From Lama guanicoe (Eukaryota), in assembly GCA_013239625.1 (NCBI GenBank), contig MU053513.1:578370-642369 (forward strand): a stretch of 64,000 nt of DNA, written 5' to 3'. The notes beneath the pieces were generated by a model. It was not told where the DNA came from. It saw nothing but the letters and a program-made list of their open reading frames with translations, and did no database searches. How positions within the stretch are numbered: the first letter of the stretch is position 1; each line of letters opens with the position of its first letter. A program made the position numbers and the translations under genes. This document shows positions 1-12,810 of the stretch, in pieces.

Positions 1-734
1 AATGCACCTCTGTCACACTACTGTTACGGAAAAGACTTTGTAAACAACTTTAAGATGGGAGAAAAAAGATTTAGCTTGAGTGCTAGCCTGAGACTGTCCT
101 TGTCTTTCTCACATTTTTTTTCCTCTGGGATTGCTTCCTGTGCCTCAGTTTCCTGTGTCAGATAAAGCAGTTTGGGATTGAAAATCATTTAGTTGATGGC
201 CCACCAATGTTTTTATACTTATCCAAATAATGTTCACTTATATGTGGGTCCCTATATTATGACCAGAAGACATGAAATGGGTACAGTTCAGTCCTTCAAA
301 GCATGACATCATATTTCCATCTGTGACTCCATGGTCTAAATACAAGAGACTGTGTTGGATTTTGTGCATATGTGGAAGGAAAAATATATCATCTAATAGA
401 TCTTTATTTCAGTATATTGCCCATGAATTTGCCCTAAGGGCCTCTCTCTCAGATTTTGCTTTCTAAAATATATATTTTAAACATTACTTGCCTTTAACTT
501 CATTTTAAGCAATTATAATCTCATCAAAATATACACAGTATTTAAATTTAACAAGATGAAAAATAAATATCATCCAAACTTACATCACATAAACCCCCAA
601 AAACGTATTATTTGAAATCATTTCTTTTATATCTTCTCACTCCCAAGATTTGGGGGATTTTTTAATGTAGTTTAATTGTACTATATTTACAACTTAGCAT
701 CCTGGTTATTGTCAAAAATAACCAACTGCTGACA

Positions 735-870
735 TTTCAAAGTACACGCGTACTCGTATCCCACTCAAGCCCAATTAAATCAGAATCCATAGAGGTTGAG
801 ATTAGTCATATTTATTTTTTCAAGAGCTCCCTCACTGAGGGTACTGTGTAACCAGGGTTGAGAACCACTG
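735..870. mobile_element. MER5-like hAT-Charlie MITE fragment
   Basis: Ends in the MER5-type terminus 'ccagggttgagaaccactg' (852-870) and contains 'aattaaatcagaatc'; recognised by eye. Confidence 0.65.
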
Positions 871-1153
871 GTATAATGTATACAATGTATAAGCATTGTT
901 CATATTATTAAATAGTTTTCATAAAGATTGTTTTAATTGAGTGCTTGCATTACATATAAAAACTTACTCAACATACTCATAATGTTGGATATTTAGATGA
1001 TTTTCAACTATGTTTGTTTACATATGGATAGATCTAAATATAAGGAAAAATCCTGTCTTCCTAGTGATGGATTATTATTACAGGGTGCAGATGTGTTGAC
1101 CTTTTGAGAGGAATTAAATTATAAAATGGACCTGGTACTCTGAGATGACACAC

Positions 1154-1263
1154 CTTTTTCTTTTAGTTCTTTTGGCCATTGATTAACTGACGGTAGCTGG
1201 GGACTATGCAGACAGTTAGAAGAACTTAGCATCGCTGCTGGAATTCGTAATTTTGCTAAGAAT
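1154..1263 (-). other. Candidate 110-nt internal exon of an unidentified minus-strand gene (5'UTR or first coding exon)
   Basis: On the minus strand, acceptor 'ttgattttag|ATT' and donor 'AAAG|gtgtgt'. Three CpGs are retained in very AT-rich surroundings. One frame is open throughout (FLAKLRIPAAMLSSSNCLHSPQLPSVNQWPKELKEK) and a second ATG gives MAKRTKRK. Neither peptide is recognised. Confidence 0.4.
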
Positions 1264-3091
1264 CTAAAATCAATTAATTATAGCTTTAAGAAGCCTCTAA
1301 TATAAGCTTTATATTTATTGCTTTGTACATTGTATATATGTATATAGAAGTATATACATAAATAAAAATAAATTTAATTGTGTAAGTTTTTTGGAAGGAG
1401 TCAAAGATTTTTATAACTTTAGTCCTTGAGAATTTTGAAGACTACTAAAGCCACACAATTCATGAAAGAATAATTTATTTTAAGAAATAGAGAAAAAATT
1501 ACATTGTATTTGATTAGGGGGGTTGTGACGAAGAGAGGTATTTTGTCAAAATCCAATTCAGACATCCCTATGGAAAAGTAAGACAGTTGGGATTAGATAG
1601 TATCCACTTATCCAATTTCTGCCTCACTGTGTCTTTTTTATTTGAATTAATCTGGGTAATGAACACCCAAACCAAATTATTGTGGGTTGATTACCCATGA
1701 AAAGTGGGTTAATTGTTTAATAGCCATGGGTACAAGTGGGTATAGGTATTTTAATATACATAAACTTCTAGTTGGCATATTTGATAGTAGCATAAAATAC
1801 ATACACAACGAAATCAACAATACAGCTTCACATTAAAAGTTGATTAATCTTCTTGTTAGCGCAATTTAATTGTCTGTAAAATTGGTTGCTAAATACTGGA
1901 AAAAATAGTCATCTATTATAATTGTTCACATTTTAAAAAAAAACAAGGATAAATGAGTGTTTTCTGAGTCCTAAACAAATAAATCTTAATTCTGAGAAAA
2001 TATTGGAAGGAAAGAGGTATTTAGTACCACTTACAATCAAAGGCAAATGTAACAAATGGTTGTTTCCATTATCAGCTCGGCTTATTATCAGTCTTGGGTA
2101 CAGTCAGACGCAACCATCCCCATTCTTATGCAGTTTCAAGGAAAATCTTCATTAAGAGTATTCACTTGCTAAGGAAGAAGGTGGCATCTAATTGAAATGC
2201 TAGCGTTCACATCCTCTGGGTAAGAGAAACGGACCCAATCAAGACACACCAACTGTAGCCATGTTTTCTAATTTACTTCTTAAGGTCATTAAGGGGAAGA
2301 CCTTATTAGATCCTAGCTGCCAGAGCCATTATCTTTCTTTCCCTTTAAATAAAGGTGGAAGGAATCCGATGAAAAATGCCAGCATTCAGCTCTCCTCTCG
2401 TGGCAGAAGCAATGGACCCAATTAAAAAATTCTGTGAGTGGATCCATCACGTTATGCCCTTTCATGAGAGAAAAAAAGCAACAGTGGAACACAAGGGAAT
2501 AACAAAATAACAACCACCACCAAAAAGGATGGAGAGCATGAGTGAGCATGCTGTATCAGCAGGGAAGCTGCAAATGTGGGCCAAAGGTTACTGCCAAGTT
2601 CACAGAGTTAACAACGAAGCCAACCAAGAGGCTTCGCTTGACTGTCAAATCATCACTAATTTTCTGTTTCTTTCCTTGTTTTATATTCCTCTTTTCTCCA
2701 ACATATACTTCAGCGGATTCCTTTGTTTTCCTTATGGAAAACCAGGCTGTAGCCTGACGTTGCCGTTTGTTCTCCTAAGAGATGAAGGAATGAAAGCTTT
2801 TCCTTTGGCACTAATCTCAGGGCACAAGCCGTGGTGACGACTGACCAAGAGGCAGCATTTTGGCATAGCTCCGGTGAATTCCTTTCAGCTAAATGGTATT
2901 GAAAACCAGCGCTACCACGGAGATCTTGATAGGTCGAGGTTTGGGTGAAAACCAGAGAGAACCTCCTTGCTGTGCTCGGCGGTCCCTGTTCCCTTCTCTC
3001 TCAGGCAACAAGGTTTGGCTTCTCCTCACAACTCGGCAGTTTGAAGATGGTTCTTGGCTGTGCAGCCCACAGGGACCTCATTACAGCTTAC

Positions 3092-3470
3092 TTGCCTTTC
3101 CCCCTTTTCCTCTACTCTCCAGTGCATCTGGGCTCAGAGTTCATAGCTCTGCCACTCTGCCAGACTGTGCCTTGGAGACAGCCAGACTGCAAACCCTTTA
3201 CAACTGGCCGTGAAGCGAAGTCAGAAACAAGAGCAATAAACACCTCCAAATGCTGACTCTTAAAAGGAACCAGAGACTCCTAAGAGGATGAAAGAGGAGG
3301 TCACTGGGGAGCTGCAGTTAGATTTTACCTAGCGAAACAGCAAAACAACACATCAGAAATAAGCAAGGGCAGGCTGACTGGGCCTCGGATGTCATAATCC
3401 TCACCCAAGGCAGCACCTGGTCAGAGGAGGCCCCGGCCTCTCGGCTCCGCCCCTCTCTGCACACTAGCCA
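3092..3470 (-). promoter_or_regulatory. Candidate alternative promoter and first exon
   Basis: GC box (ctccgcccc, ~3445-3453) in a GC/CpG-enriched patch, followed on the minus strand by a strong donor 'GGCAA|gtaagc' at 3092/3091. The start site is not determined. Confidence 0.35.
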
Positions 3471-4444
3471 GGCGACACTCCTGCGTTACAAGATGTATTC
3501 CCCATTGTACGTGTTAATTTTGATGCTTGCCTAGAGCCACGATTTCTCATTCTCTGTCAACCAGTGTGGTTAATTATGTACTGTAATATTTAAATTACAA
3601 TTCTGATTATTTTTGAAAGATAATTAGAATAAGAAAAAAAGGAGACGGAGTTGCAATGAAGGTTGTTCGGAAGGTTCTGGTTAGAGCAGGAAGACAATGG
3701 ATTCTCCCAGAAGTGAGAATCATTTGTGGTGCAGCTGGGCCCTGGGGAGCCTGCAAGGAACTCTTTGGAACCATGTGTTCATAGTAATTAAGGAGGGGCC
3801 ATCTGGCTTAGATGAAAAGAGAAAATACATTTTGATCAATTCTACTACGTGACGTGTCAAACTTGGAGTCACACGTGCACTTCCCAAGTAAATTCATGCC
3901 CTCTGTGTTTTCCATCTTTGTTTCAGAAATTCCATTTTGCCCAAAACATAAGAAGGACTTATCTTACTCATGCCCTTTGTTTACTCAGAATTTTAAATGT
4001 ACTTGATACAAAATCTTACTGTCCGTATTTAACTATCTCATTGTTTCAATGTCTCTTATGATATCTCTTCCAAACTACCGTAAAGCATTAAACGAGACAG
4101 ACTTTCGTGGGTACTTGGTCAGTTTTTTTTTTTTCCAACAATAGAGCTATTCATGTAAATTTAACAAATACATTCATGCAATTATCGGACCTATTAACAG
4201 ATGGATTTGTGCCAAGGAGGGAATAAATATTCAATTAAAAGAAATTAGCTCTAAATGTGTTTCTCTGACAGTATCAAAGACATATTTGGCATGAGGCAGT
4301 AACATTTTTATTTTAAAATCTGTTTCCACTAATTTTTTTACACACATTTATAAAGCCAAGTACACACAATCAATCAAGTCACATACTCAAAGAAGAACAC
4401 TCAAGAACTAAAGCACACTCCACAGTGCAACTCTGTCCCCCAAA

Positions 4445-4555
4445 TTCTTCTGTTTTTTCCCTTTTCCTTGTCCCTTCTTTCCTCTTCCAATCCTTTCCTT
4501 CATCTCTCCCTCCTTCCCGGCCCTCCCTCCCTTCCTTCTTTGCTTCCTCTCTACT
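4445..4555. repeat. Pyrimidine-rich low-complexity tract
   Basis: Nearly pure C/T run seen directly. Confidence 0.75.
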
Positions 4556-5061
4556 GTAAACATTTGAGGAAATCTTGTGTTATTTTGGGTACAAGTTTAT
4601 GCACTGGGGAAACAAACAACAATGACATAGTAGCAGAAAGAGAAACGAGTAATTTTTTTGAGGCTAATTTGTGCTTTTATTTTCAGTGTAACTTAACTAC
4701 AGTGGCCTGCAAACGTTTTTGACCTAAAAAATACATTTTACATCACAATCCAACAAACACAGACATTATATGTGTGTGTGTGTGTATATATATGAAAACT
4801 GGAGAAACAAGTAATTGTGATTTTACCCAATGTTATAAATATTATTGCACATGAATGTCTGCTGTGCTAAAAATCATTGGATGTGAAAACAACTAAGTTT
4901 ATTCTAGCTGGACAGTGCTTCAAAGTGGCTGGACAAAGGCCAAATTACCACGGGACACTTGAGTGTCAAACCAGAGAAGTGGTCTCCAACAACTTTTATT
5001 ACCTTGGAAAATCAACCAGATTTTCAGAACACTAATACAGTGTTTCAAAGTGTTTGTAATA

Positions 5062-5298
5062 GCATAACACAATGGGTAAAAGCACTGGCTTTGGCTTCAC
5101 ACAGATTTTGTTCCTAATATCAAGGTCAACACTTAATAGTGGTGTGACTTGGCACAAGTTACTTAATTGGTCTAAGTGTCAATTTCCTTATCAATAAATG
5201 AGATACAACTGCTCTGTTCTGAGGATTAAATGGCATAATGTATATAAAGTGCTCACTGTAAGGCCTGGCCCATATAATTAATAACTATATTATTATTT
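5062..5298 (+). mobile_element. MIR SINE
   Basis: Core 'gtgtgacttggcacaagttacttaa...gtcaatttccttatc...aaatgag' and 3' part 'gaggattaaatggcataatgtatataaagtgct'. Confidence 0.8.
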
Positions 5299-8200
5299 CT
5301 GTTAGAATTTTTATTCTAAAATTGAAACAGCCATTCTGCTTGTTCAAAAGCACCCTCAGACAAGTCCCCCATGTGCATAAATAGCTACCCAATGGTGATT
5401 TTCCCAACAGGAACCCAAGCCAATATAATTTAAGAGAGGCAGACCCATCAGTTCTTTTAGTTCTTAAAAGGACACTCTGTAGAGTCCTTTAAATGCAGGA
5501 TTTGGGAATACAATAATGCCTTTAATGGTTACATAGACTCATGACCAAATCAATACTAATGCAAAGAAAAAAGGGTGTGACTAGAAGCAGGAATGTAATC
5601 TTTACATCCCATTGATTGTAAGTGAATTCACAAAGAGAAAAGAGGCTCTTTGGAAGTGCCTAGATTCGCTTCTACCCAGCCGTTGGGGGATAATCCCTCG
5701 CTCTATTGACCTCTATAAAATGGTTTGCCAGGAAAAAACTCAAGTCCCCAGACAGTGCTTACCATACGTCTGGCTGTTGTGTAGGGAAGATAATAATCAC
5801 GAGGCTCAAGAAGGAAATAGTAAAAAAAAAAATCATAATGAGCTTTTCATGACTTTTACAAAAGATGATTCCAATCAAATCTCTCAGTAACGAAATAAAT
5901 CATATTGGAAGCATTTAGAGCAATATGTATAACAGTTTCTTTATTGTCGAATGACTTCATGAGAATATTCTAATGCCCAGTGGGATGTAGTTACCCTCAC
6001 TGGAGTTATGGCAGCCAGAGAGGACTATATACTAACTTGATTATTCTTACCCTAAATATCTTGTTTCCTGTTAGTAATTCAACTCCAATTTCCACTTTAA
6101 AATGCCAATCTTGTGTAGAAAGTTAGTTTCTTGAGATCTTAAAACAGTCTCAAAACAGATAACATGGAACAGTCCAACAGCTGGAATCCATACATTCTGT
6201 GTTTATAAATTGTGTTGCTTGTTCTTAGAACTCTTATCCTAAAAAGGAAGCCAGCAGGATGGACTAAAAAACAAAACAGAACAAAACCCAGAAACACATC
6301 TCTAGCATTTTTTTTCCAATCAGAAAAGGTAAGAAATCAATAAAAAAGAAAAAAGTAAATAAAAATCATTCAAATTACAGATGTCTCAATGCATAAACTA
6401 CAGGTAGGTATAGGAAAGGTCACATCTCAGGTAACCTCTTCTTATGATGTAAGCCCTAGAAATGTTAGTTGCCATATGAAGGGACTCATCAGCCTTAGTA
6501 GAGAGAGGTTAGCCTCATCTCAAACAGTGCAAAATAATAATATTGATAATAATAATAATAAAATACCAGTGTTGTATCCTGGGAACAACTCAATTATTCA
6601 ACAATAGAGTAGAGGCACATAGAATTGTCATCAGTTTCTTGAATAAGAAAGCATGGCACATTTGAAAAAGACAAAACTTTCTCATACATTATTTCTTGGG
6701 TGAGAATTTTAGCTACTAATTTTGTCAGTTGGATCACTGACCAAATAGTTTAATTCTTTTACCTGACTTTGTTCTGGAGCAAATACAATTATTATTATTA
6801 TTTTTGTAACAGAGTTTCAGCTTCTTCCCAGGAGAGCAACTAGAAGATTAAGAGGAATTTGAGGTAATGTATTACAATGAATGTCATAAAGATCTCACAC
6901 TTTTAATTTGGTTTTAATAAGATACTTAATCTCTGTTGATTATAAATCAATTGAATATTAAAATACATTTACTAAAAGTTTTAACTACTAAGAATAAGAT
7001 AGAGTAGGTAATTCTTATAAAGTTTTTAACATTGTGTAAATAAGCCTGAGAGGAAAAAAAAATCCATATTTATTCAATAGGAGCTATTTTTATTGGAAGG
7101 GTTAGAATAAATACAGGCATCTTAGTACAGTATGTTAAAAAACAATGGAATATTCAAAGCATATTAAGTGAGATTTAGTAACCATAAATTTGATATGTGT
7201 CTATGATATAGCTGCTCATCTTCAATAAATAGGTTTTTAATAAGCAGCTGGTATTTATTCAACGAAAGCCACTGTTACAATGAATAAATTAAATGCCTAT
7301 CTGAGACAATTCATCCAGCATAAAGAGGTAACACGATTTCCCGGCGGTACCAGAAATGATTGTGTTAATACTGGAGCAAAGCCAGTGCTCTAAGACCCCG
7401 CCATCAGTGGGAGCACGACGCGTCCTGCAGGGCACAGTGCGACCCAGCACACGGCGTCGCAGCCATGGAGAATCAAGCCAGGAATGCTGACAAGGTTCTG
7501 TTGGCTAAAATCTTTGCCTTCTTAAACATCAACCCAGAGTACATGAGCATGAGAACAAGTCTCCATTTCTTTTTAACGAGTCTGGGTAAAAAGGAACTTC
7601 AGTGCTTGCTTTGATTTAATGGCTGCACACTCTCCAGTTATCAAATATGCCACTCAGCTTGAAAGGTGACTTGCCAACTCACCATTTGGCACGTGGATGC
7701 AATTTAGTCATCATGGGTGCTGCTTCGCCAGCCCGGAAGCATGAGATTTCTGAAATTACTATAAGCTTCACTGGTATATTTCCAGTTGATTTCATAGTAA
7801 CATTCCATTTTTCTTATGTAAGTGTTTTTACAAAGAAAAGCATATATTTTGATCATTTAATGTTGTCATTTATTATACCATGGGCTTAAATGATAGAGAA
7901 GAATCATGCCGGCTATCAAATTCTCTCTCCAACCAGCAATACCTGCCTTACCTAGATGTGACTATTTTAGATGGTACCTCATTGATTGTAACACGTTTAG
8001 ATGAATGGACAGCTTGCATCTCACAAACAAAAATGATTCTGTTCTTATTTTATACAATAACTTAGTGCTCATATTCAATTCAGTTATTAAAATGCTGCTT
8101 TCTTCCAGTGAATGAGAAAATTACTATAAAGCAAAATGCATTTTTATTCATCACAGTCTTTTCTTATTTCTGACTCACCACAAGGTTTTTCTGGACAACG

Positions 8201-8696
8201 TTTCTATATGCAGAATGAGACTGTGCCACAAAGATCCTTGTGACTCTAGGAGAATTGTTCTTAAGTAGCTCTAGTGATCTATCATACACCTTGTTGGTGA
8301 CATAAATCATGGCCTTTCCTTAACTAACTTGCCAGGACTGAAATTATAGCTTGTATGTAGCCTGGTGTATTTTTTTTTTAATTCAGGGGCTTTCAATATA
8401 ATAAATACAGAGATAATGTGAAGGAACTCATTTCCAAGTTCTTTAAATCCCAGGAATTTCATTCTCAGAAAACTCTTGGAATAATTTCTTGAAGGCAGAC
8501 TCTAAGTAAAGAAAGAGTAAACTGTGTGGTAAGGAATCTATTAAGTACACACACACACACACACAAACACAGAGTGAGATAAGACAAGGAAGAAAATATT
8601 GGAGATATTGAGGGGCTTCCAATAAACAAAACCTATGTCTCTTACATTGCTTTTAGACAGTTAGAAAAAAAAAAGGTAAAAAATAAAGATGGAGAC

Positions 8697-9740
8697 TGCA
8701 GTAGGCGGAATTCTAAGATGACCTTCCAGGTTCCTCATCCTTCCTGTCCCCTGTGTACATATATTACATAATCTTTGGGACCGTGAAGATGATGGATTTT
8801 ACTCCTGTGATTAGGATTGGTTATATGGGACAAGAGAGATGAAGAGCTAGATTATCTAGGTGGGCCTCACATGATCAAATGAACCCTGTATAAGCAGAAA
8901 TTTGCTCTGGCTGGTCACAGAAGTCAGAGATTCAAAGTATAATGATCACTTGAGTCATTTTTTAAGATTCCACATAACAGTGATACCATATGGTATTTTT
9001 CTTTCTCTCTCTGGCTTACTTTCACTTTGTATGATGATCTCTAGTTCCATCCATGTTGCTGCAAGTGGCATTTTATTCTTTTTTATGGCTGACTAGTATT
9101 CCATTGTATATATACCAGGAGGGTAAGGGTGGGAGGGTAGAGAGATAAACTGGGGGTTCAGGATTTGTAGATACTAACTATTATATACCAAATAAACAAC
9201 AAGATCCTACTATATAACACAGGGAACTATAATCAACATCTTGTAGTAAACTATAACGAAAAGTATGTGAAACGAACTATATATGTATGTATAACTGAAA
9301 GAGTATGCTGTACAGCAGAAATTAACACAATGTTGTAAACCAACTATACTTCAGTCAAAAAAAAATTTAAAAGAAGCATTTGATATGCCGTTGCTGACAT
9401 GGAGATGGAGGGGGTCCTGTGGTAAAGAAGGTGGGTGAACTTTAGCTGCTGAGAGCAGTCCCCAGCTGAAAGTCAACAAGGAAAAACAGGGAGCTCTGTG
9501 CTCCAGCAGCGGGAAAGGAATTCACCCTACACCCAGCTAACATGTACGCGAACTCCAAGCACAGATGAGAACTTCAACCCAGACCAACATCTGGCTTTCA
9601 GTGTGGTGAGGTCCTCAGCAAAAAGTCTAGCCACAGCACACCTAGGCTTCTCACTCACAGAAACTCAGAAAATCAATGTGTGATATTTTACATCTCTAAG
9701 TTTGTGGTAATTTTTCACTCATCAATAGAAAACTAACACA
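8697..9740 (+). mobile_element. MaLR solo LTR (MLT1E/F-like), interrupted by an L1 insertion
   Basis: Starts 'tgcagtaggcggaattctaagatg', contains 'gattatctaggtgggcctc', and ends 'ctaagtttgtggtaattt...caatagaaaactaacaca', typical MLT1 termini. Confidence 0.8.
8946..9373 (+). mobile_element. 5'-inverted, truncated L1 (antisense ~8946-9113, sense ~9114-9373 with A tail)
   Basis: The left part is the reverse complement of sequence seen in the L1 at 24350-24515. The right part matches 24575-24845 in sense orientation and ends in poly(A). Confidence 0.85.
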
Positions 9741-10394
9741 GAGACAGAAATACCATGCTTCTTATGGATAGAAGTTACTATCAACATTGATACTATTGGA
9801 GAAGTTTGGCTAATGTGAGAGCCGAGTGAGACTGGTCATTGATCTCCAAAATTAGAGTGATTTGTAACCCAGTCATGGGCAACGTCGGGCTGGAATAAGC
9901 TTTCAAGGTGGAGGTAATTTACACCAAAAAACAGCCAATAAGAAGAGCAGAGGAGAAACTGAGCTCACAGAAGTCTGGTTCCCTCTTAAAAGAAGAAAGG
10001 TGGAGTTAGTCTAAAATTTTTAGTTATTTTTCCCACAGTGACCCATCAGTTGCATCATTTCACCTCCCCAGGAACACAGCAAGTAAAAAATTAAGGACCA
10101 AGAGTTACACTAATTGAGCTCATTGCACTGGAAGGACATATTAAGAATGGAGAAGAATTATGCCCCCGATAAAATGGAAGAGGAAAGGAGTAAAGAAAGA
10201 AGTGGGAGGACCTGGGCCCTGTCTTAATCTTCTTAATGTCTAATAGCTGTGCTTTGTTTAAATCACTGCTTAATAAAAGCTTATTGAAAGAAAGGGATGG
10301 TTGAATGAATTATTAATGCATGTTCTTTTCAACTTACAATCATATTTCATTTGACATCAAGGACACTAAAATTATATACTGAGTATGTAGTAAG

Positions 10395-10600
10395 AGAAGC
10401 ATAATAAAGTAGCAGGAACCCAGAGCTTGGACCCATAAAGACCTATGTTTGAAAATGGAACCAGCTAATATCTTGAGAAGTAATTTTATCCCTATTCTTC
10501 ATCTGCATATCAGTGCCAGTGCTAACTCATGGGATCACTGGAAAGAGAACAAGACAATCTATGGGTAGTGTTCAATCACATGGTAAGTGGTTATTCAATG
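10395..10600 (+). mobile_element. Degenerate MIR
   Basis: MIR-like order of motifs: 'agagcttgg...agacctatgtttgaa...ttcttcatctgca...ctcatggg'. Confidence 0.55.
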
Positions 10601-10679
10601 GAAGCCATAAATCATTTGTTAACTAGTTCCCCCACGTTTATGGAGTCAGGCTTTCCATTGATAACAAGGACACAGTCAG

Positions 10680-11004
10680 TGCAGGTCTTAGCAAGTGTAA
10701 AAGCTGATGACACTCCAAGGCAGCTGTTCCCACGTGGTGGCTCAATGTTTCAAGCTGTATCAATATTACAACATTTCCACTTAACGTAAAGCTTCAGAAT
10801 TCTCTTGGCAGTGGAAGGAAATGTGGAAACTTAGGTACCTCTTCTTTGGTGCATCAACTCATAATTGATATTCATCATCATTTGTCAAAGTCCATTGGCC
10901 ATTACTAGTAAAGTGACCCAGCTCAATGGCAAAATTTAATCTTCTATTATCCCAGGAAAGGGAAGACTCCGAAGTACTGGTGTGCATCAGTAATGTCTTC
11001 CACA
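10680..11004 (-). mobile_element. Old MaLR LTR (MLT1J/K/L-like)
   Basis: Contains 'tccattggccattactagt...gtgaccc' and ends 'agtaatgtcttccaca', the reverse complement of an MLT1 start. Confidence 0.6.
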
Positions 11005-11539
11005 TCAAGATTTCCTGTCCTCCATTGACTGTGGTTCTTCCACTACCATCTCATCTTTGAAGAAGCCACCCAGAACTTCCCTTCCTGGACAAGAGCCAAA
11101 ACGGGCAACAATTCTCTGCTAAACAGTCTCGTCTGTTCAGTGCACCAGTCCCTTGATGATCACTCTGCACTCTGCACTCTGAATACTGAAATGCAATGGC
11201 ACAAATACTGGAATGGGGGAAACTTGGCTTTGTGTTTAGAAAGTAAGTTCTGGAAAAAACCCATAGTTCTGGGAAAAAAAAAAAAACAAAACCATCATCT
11301 AATGTGTTGAGCAGAACAACTACTAAATATTTGGTTTTGATACTAGAAGCACAGAACCCAAAGACAGCAGTTGTTTTTCTTGGTATTAGTCAAACCACAG
11401 TTGTATTGCATTGCTGTGTTCTTGTCTATTCCCATAGACAGGGATATATAGAGACTGCAATCCATTCAGAAAAGAGCAATCAGAATGGTGAGAAAATTTT
11501 ATGTCGAGTTATATGAGCAACAATTGAACTAAGAAATAG

Positions 11540-11855
11540 GGACACATAGCCAAGAAATAAGCACCCTCAGGCAGGATGTGATCGCTGTCTTCAAATGTGT
11601 GAAGGACTGTCACGAGGGAGAAGCATTAGACTTGTTCTGTATAACCCTAGGGTATAGTGAACTCATGGGTGAGAGCAAAAGTCAGACCTAATTTGGCTTG
11701 TTTCAAGGACGATCTGTCAGAAACAAGCCGTGATATATTTGGGTGCCTCTGGAGGTAGTAAGTTCCCTGGCAGAAAAATAGTTCAAGCCAACTGCTAACC
11801 ATGTGGTGGTGTCATTGCACAAGGATCTCACGCATGAGCTAGAGATTGGTAAATA
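11540..11855 (+). mobile_element. L3/CR1 LINE 3' fragment
   Basis: 'gctgtcttcaaatgtgtgaaggactgtcacgagggagaagcattagacttgttctg' and 'tgcctctggaggtagtaagttccctggca...ttcaagc' match the L3 3' region. Confidence 0.75.
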
Positions 11856-11863
11856 TCTGTAGG

Positions 11864-12006
11864 TAGGGTGAGGATATACTCTATCATCCAAGCCTGGACC
11901 TGTGTAAAAAGGAATGCTATTAACAATTGTTAAGTATTTTTCCTGTTTGCCAAAAAAATAGGCATAAACTGGAACTATCCAAGCCAAGTTAAGATATGTC
12001 ATCTTT
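11864..12006. mobile_element. hAT-Blackjack MITE (MER81/MER94-like)
   Basis: Begins 'tagggtga' with degenerate 'tccaagcc' subterminal motifs at both ends; it follows the L3 fragment. Confidence 0.45.
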
Positions 12007-12354
12007 CTATACTTAGGGTATCTTCTACCTCTGAGATTATTTCACATTATTTCTTAACATTACAATGTAAATAGCAGTCTTATCATTTACATCCCTAGGT
12101 ATATTTGCAAAACAAAGGATTTTCAAACAGTCAGTTGTGGGAATATTTTTGACGTTGTGGTAAACCAATGGGGGATGCTTTGAGCAGGTTGGCATCTTTG
12201 TTTTGCAGCTTTAAATCCCATTGTGCAATTGTCTTTAAGTAGGATTTGGTTACGGGTAAGGTAAGTCTAGGATACAACCACACAACAAGATGCATAGCGT
12301 ATATTTAGTAAGCTGTGTGAAAAGATTTCACAGTCTCCCAGACAAGGAAGGGGG

Positions 12355-12567
12355 ACTGAGTGCCCACTGTGAGCCAGGTGCTACACTAGGTCCTGCACAC
12401 TAGGCGACACCTGACAGCATCCCGATGCGGTGGGCTTTATCACTTTGTCAGATGGGGAGTATTGTCTCCATTTTGTAGACAAGAAAACTAAATTTGAAGA
12501 AGTTCCATAACTTGTCCAAGAATATAAACATAAGTGGGAGAATTCGAGTTTGAATCCATATCTGTCA
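12355..12567 (-). mobile_element. MIR SINE
   Basis: 'ccattttgtagacaagaaaactaaa...aacttgtccaag...gtttgaatcc' is the antisense MIR core. Confidence 0.75.
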
Positions 12568-12694
12568 GAAGTGGGTATTTGCTACATTCCAGGGAGTCAG
12601 CTTTGAATAAAAACCCCAATGAACCAAAAAGGGATCTGATGTTTGAAGAAGACAGCTAACGTTCATAGAGTGTTTTAGAGTTTGTGTCTCTTTT

Positions 12695-12810
12695 ATCTGT
12701 TTATTACCCAAATTTTTAAGCACCTATTAGGTTTCATGCATTAATCTGGGCACTGGGGACACTAAAATAGAATTCTACCAAAAAAGGGAATTCACAACTA
12801 GATGAGAAGA
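12695..12810 (-). mobile_element. L2 3' end fragment
   Basis: 'tttttaagcacctattagg...ctgggcactggggacac' resembles the antisense L2 tail. Confidence 0.55.

Noticed and set aside
1167..1246. Plus-strand exon using acceptor 'cctttttcttttag'
   Set aside because: All three frames stop within ~25 nt and the donor is weak; the minus-strand reading fits better.
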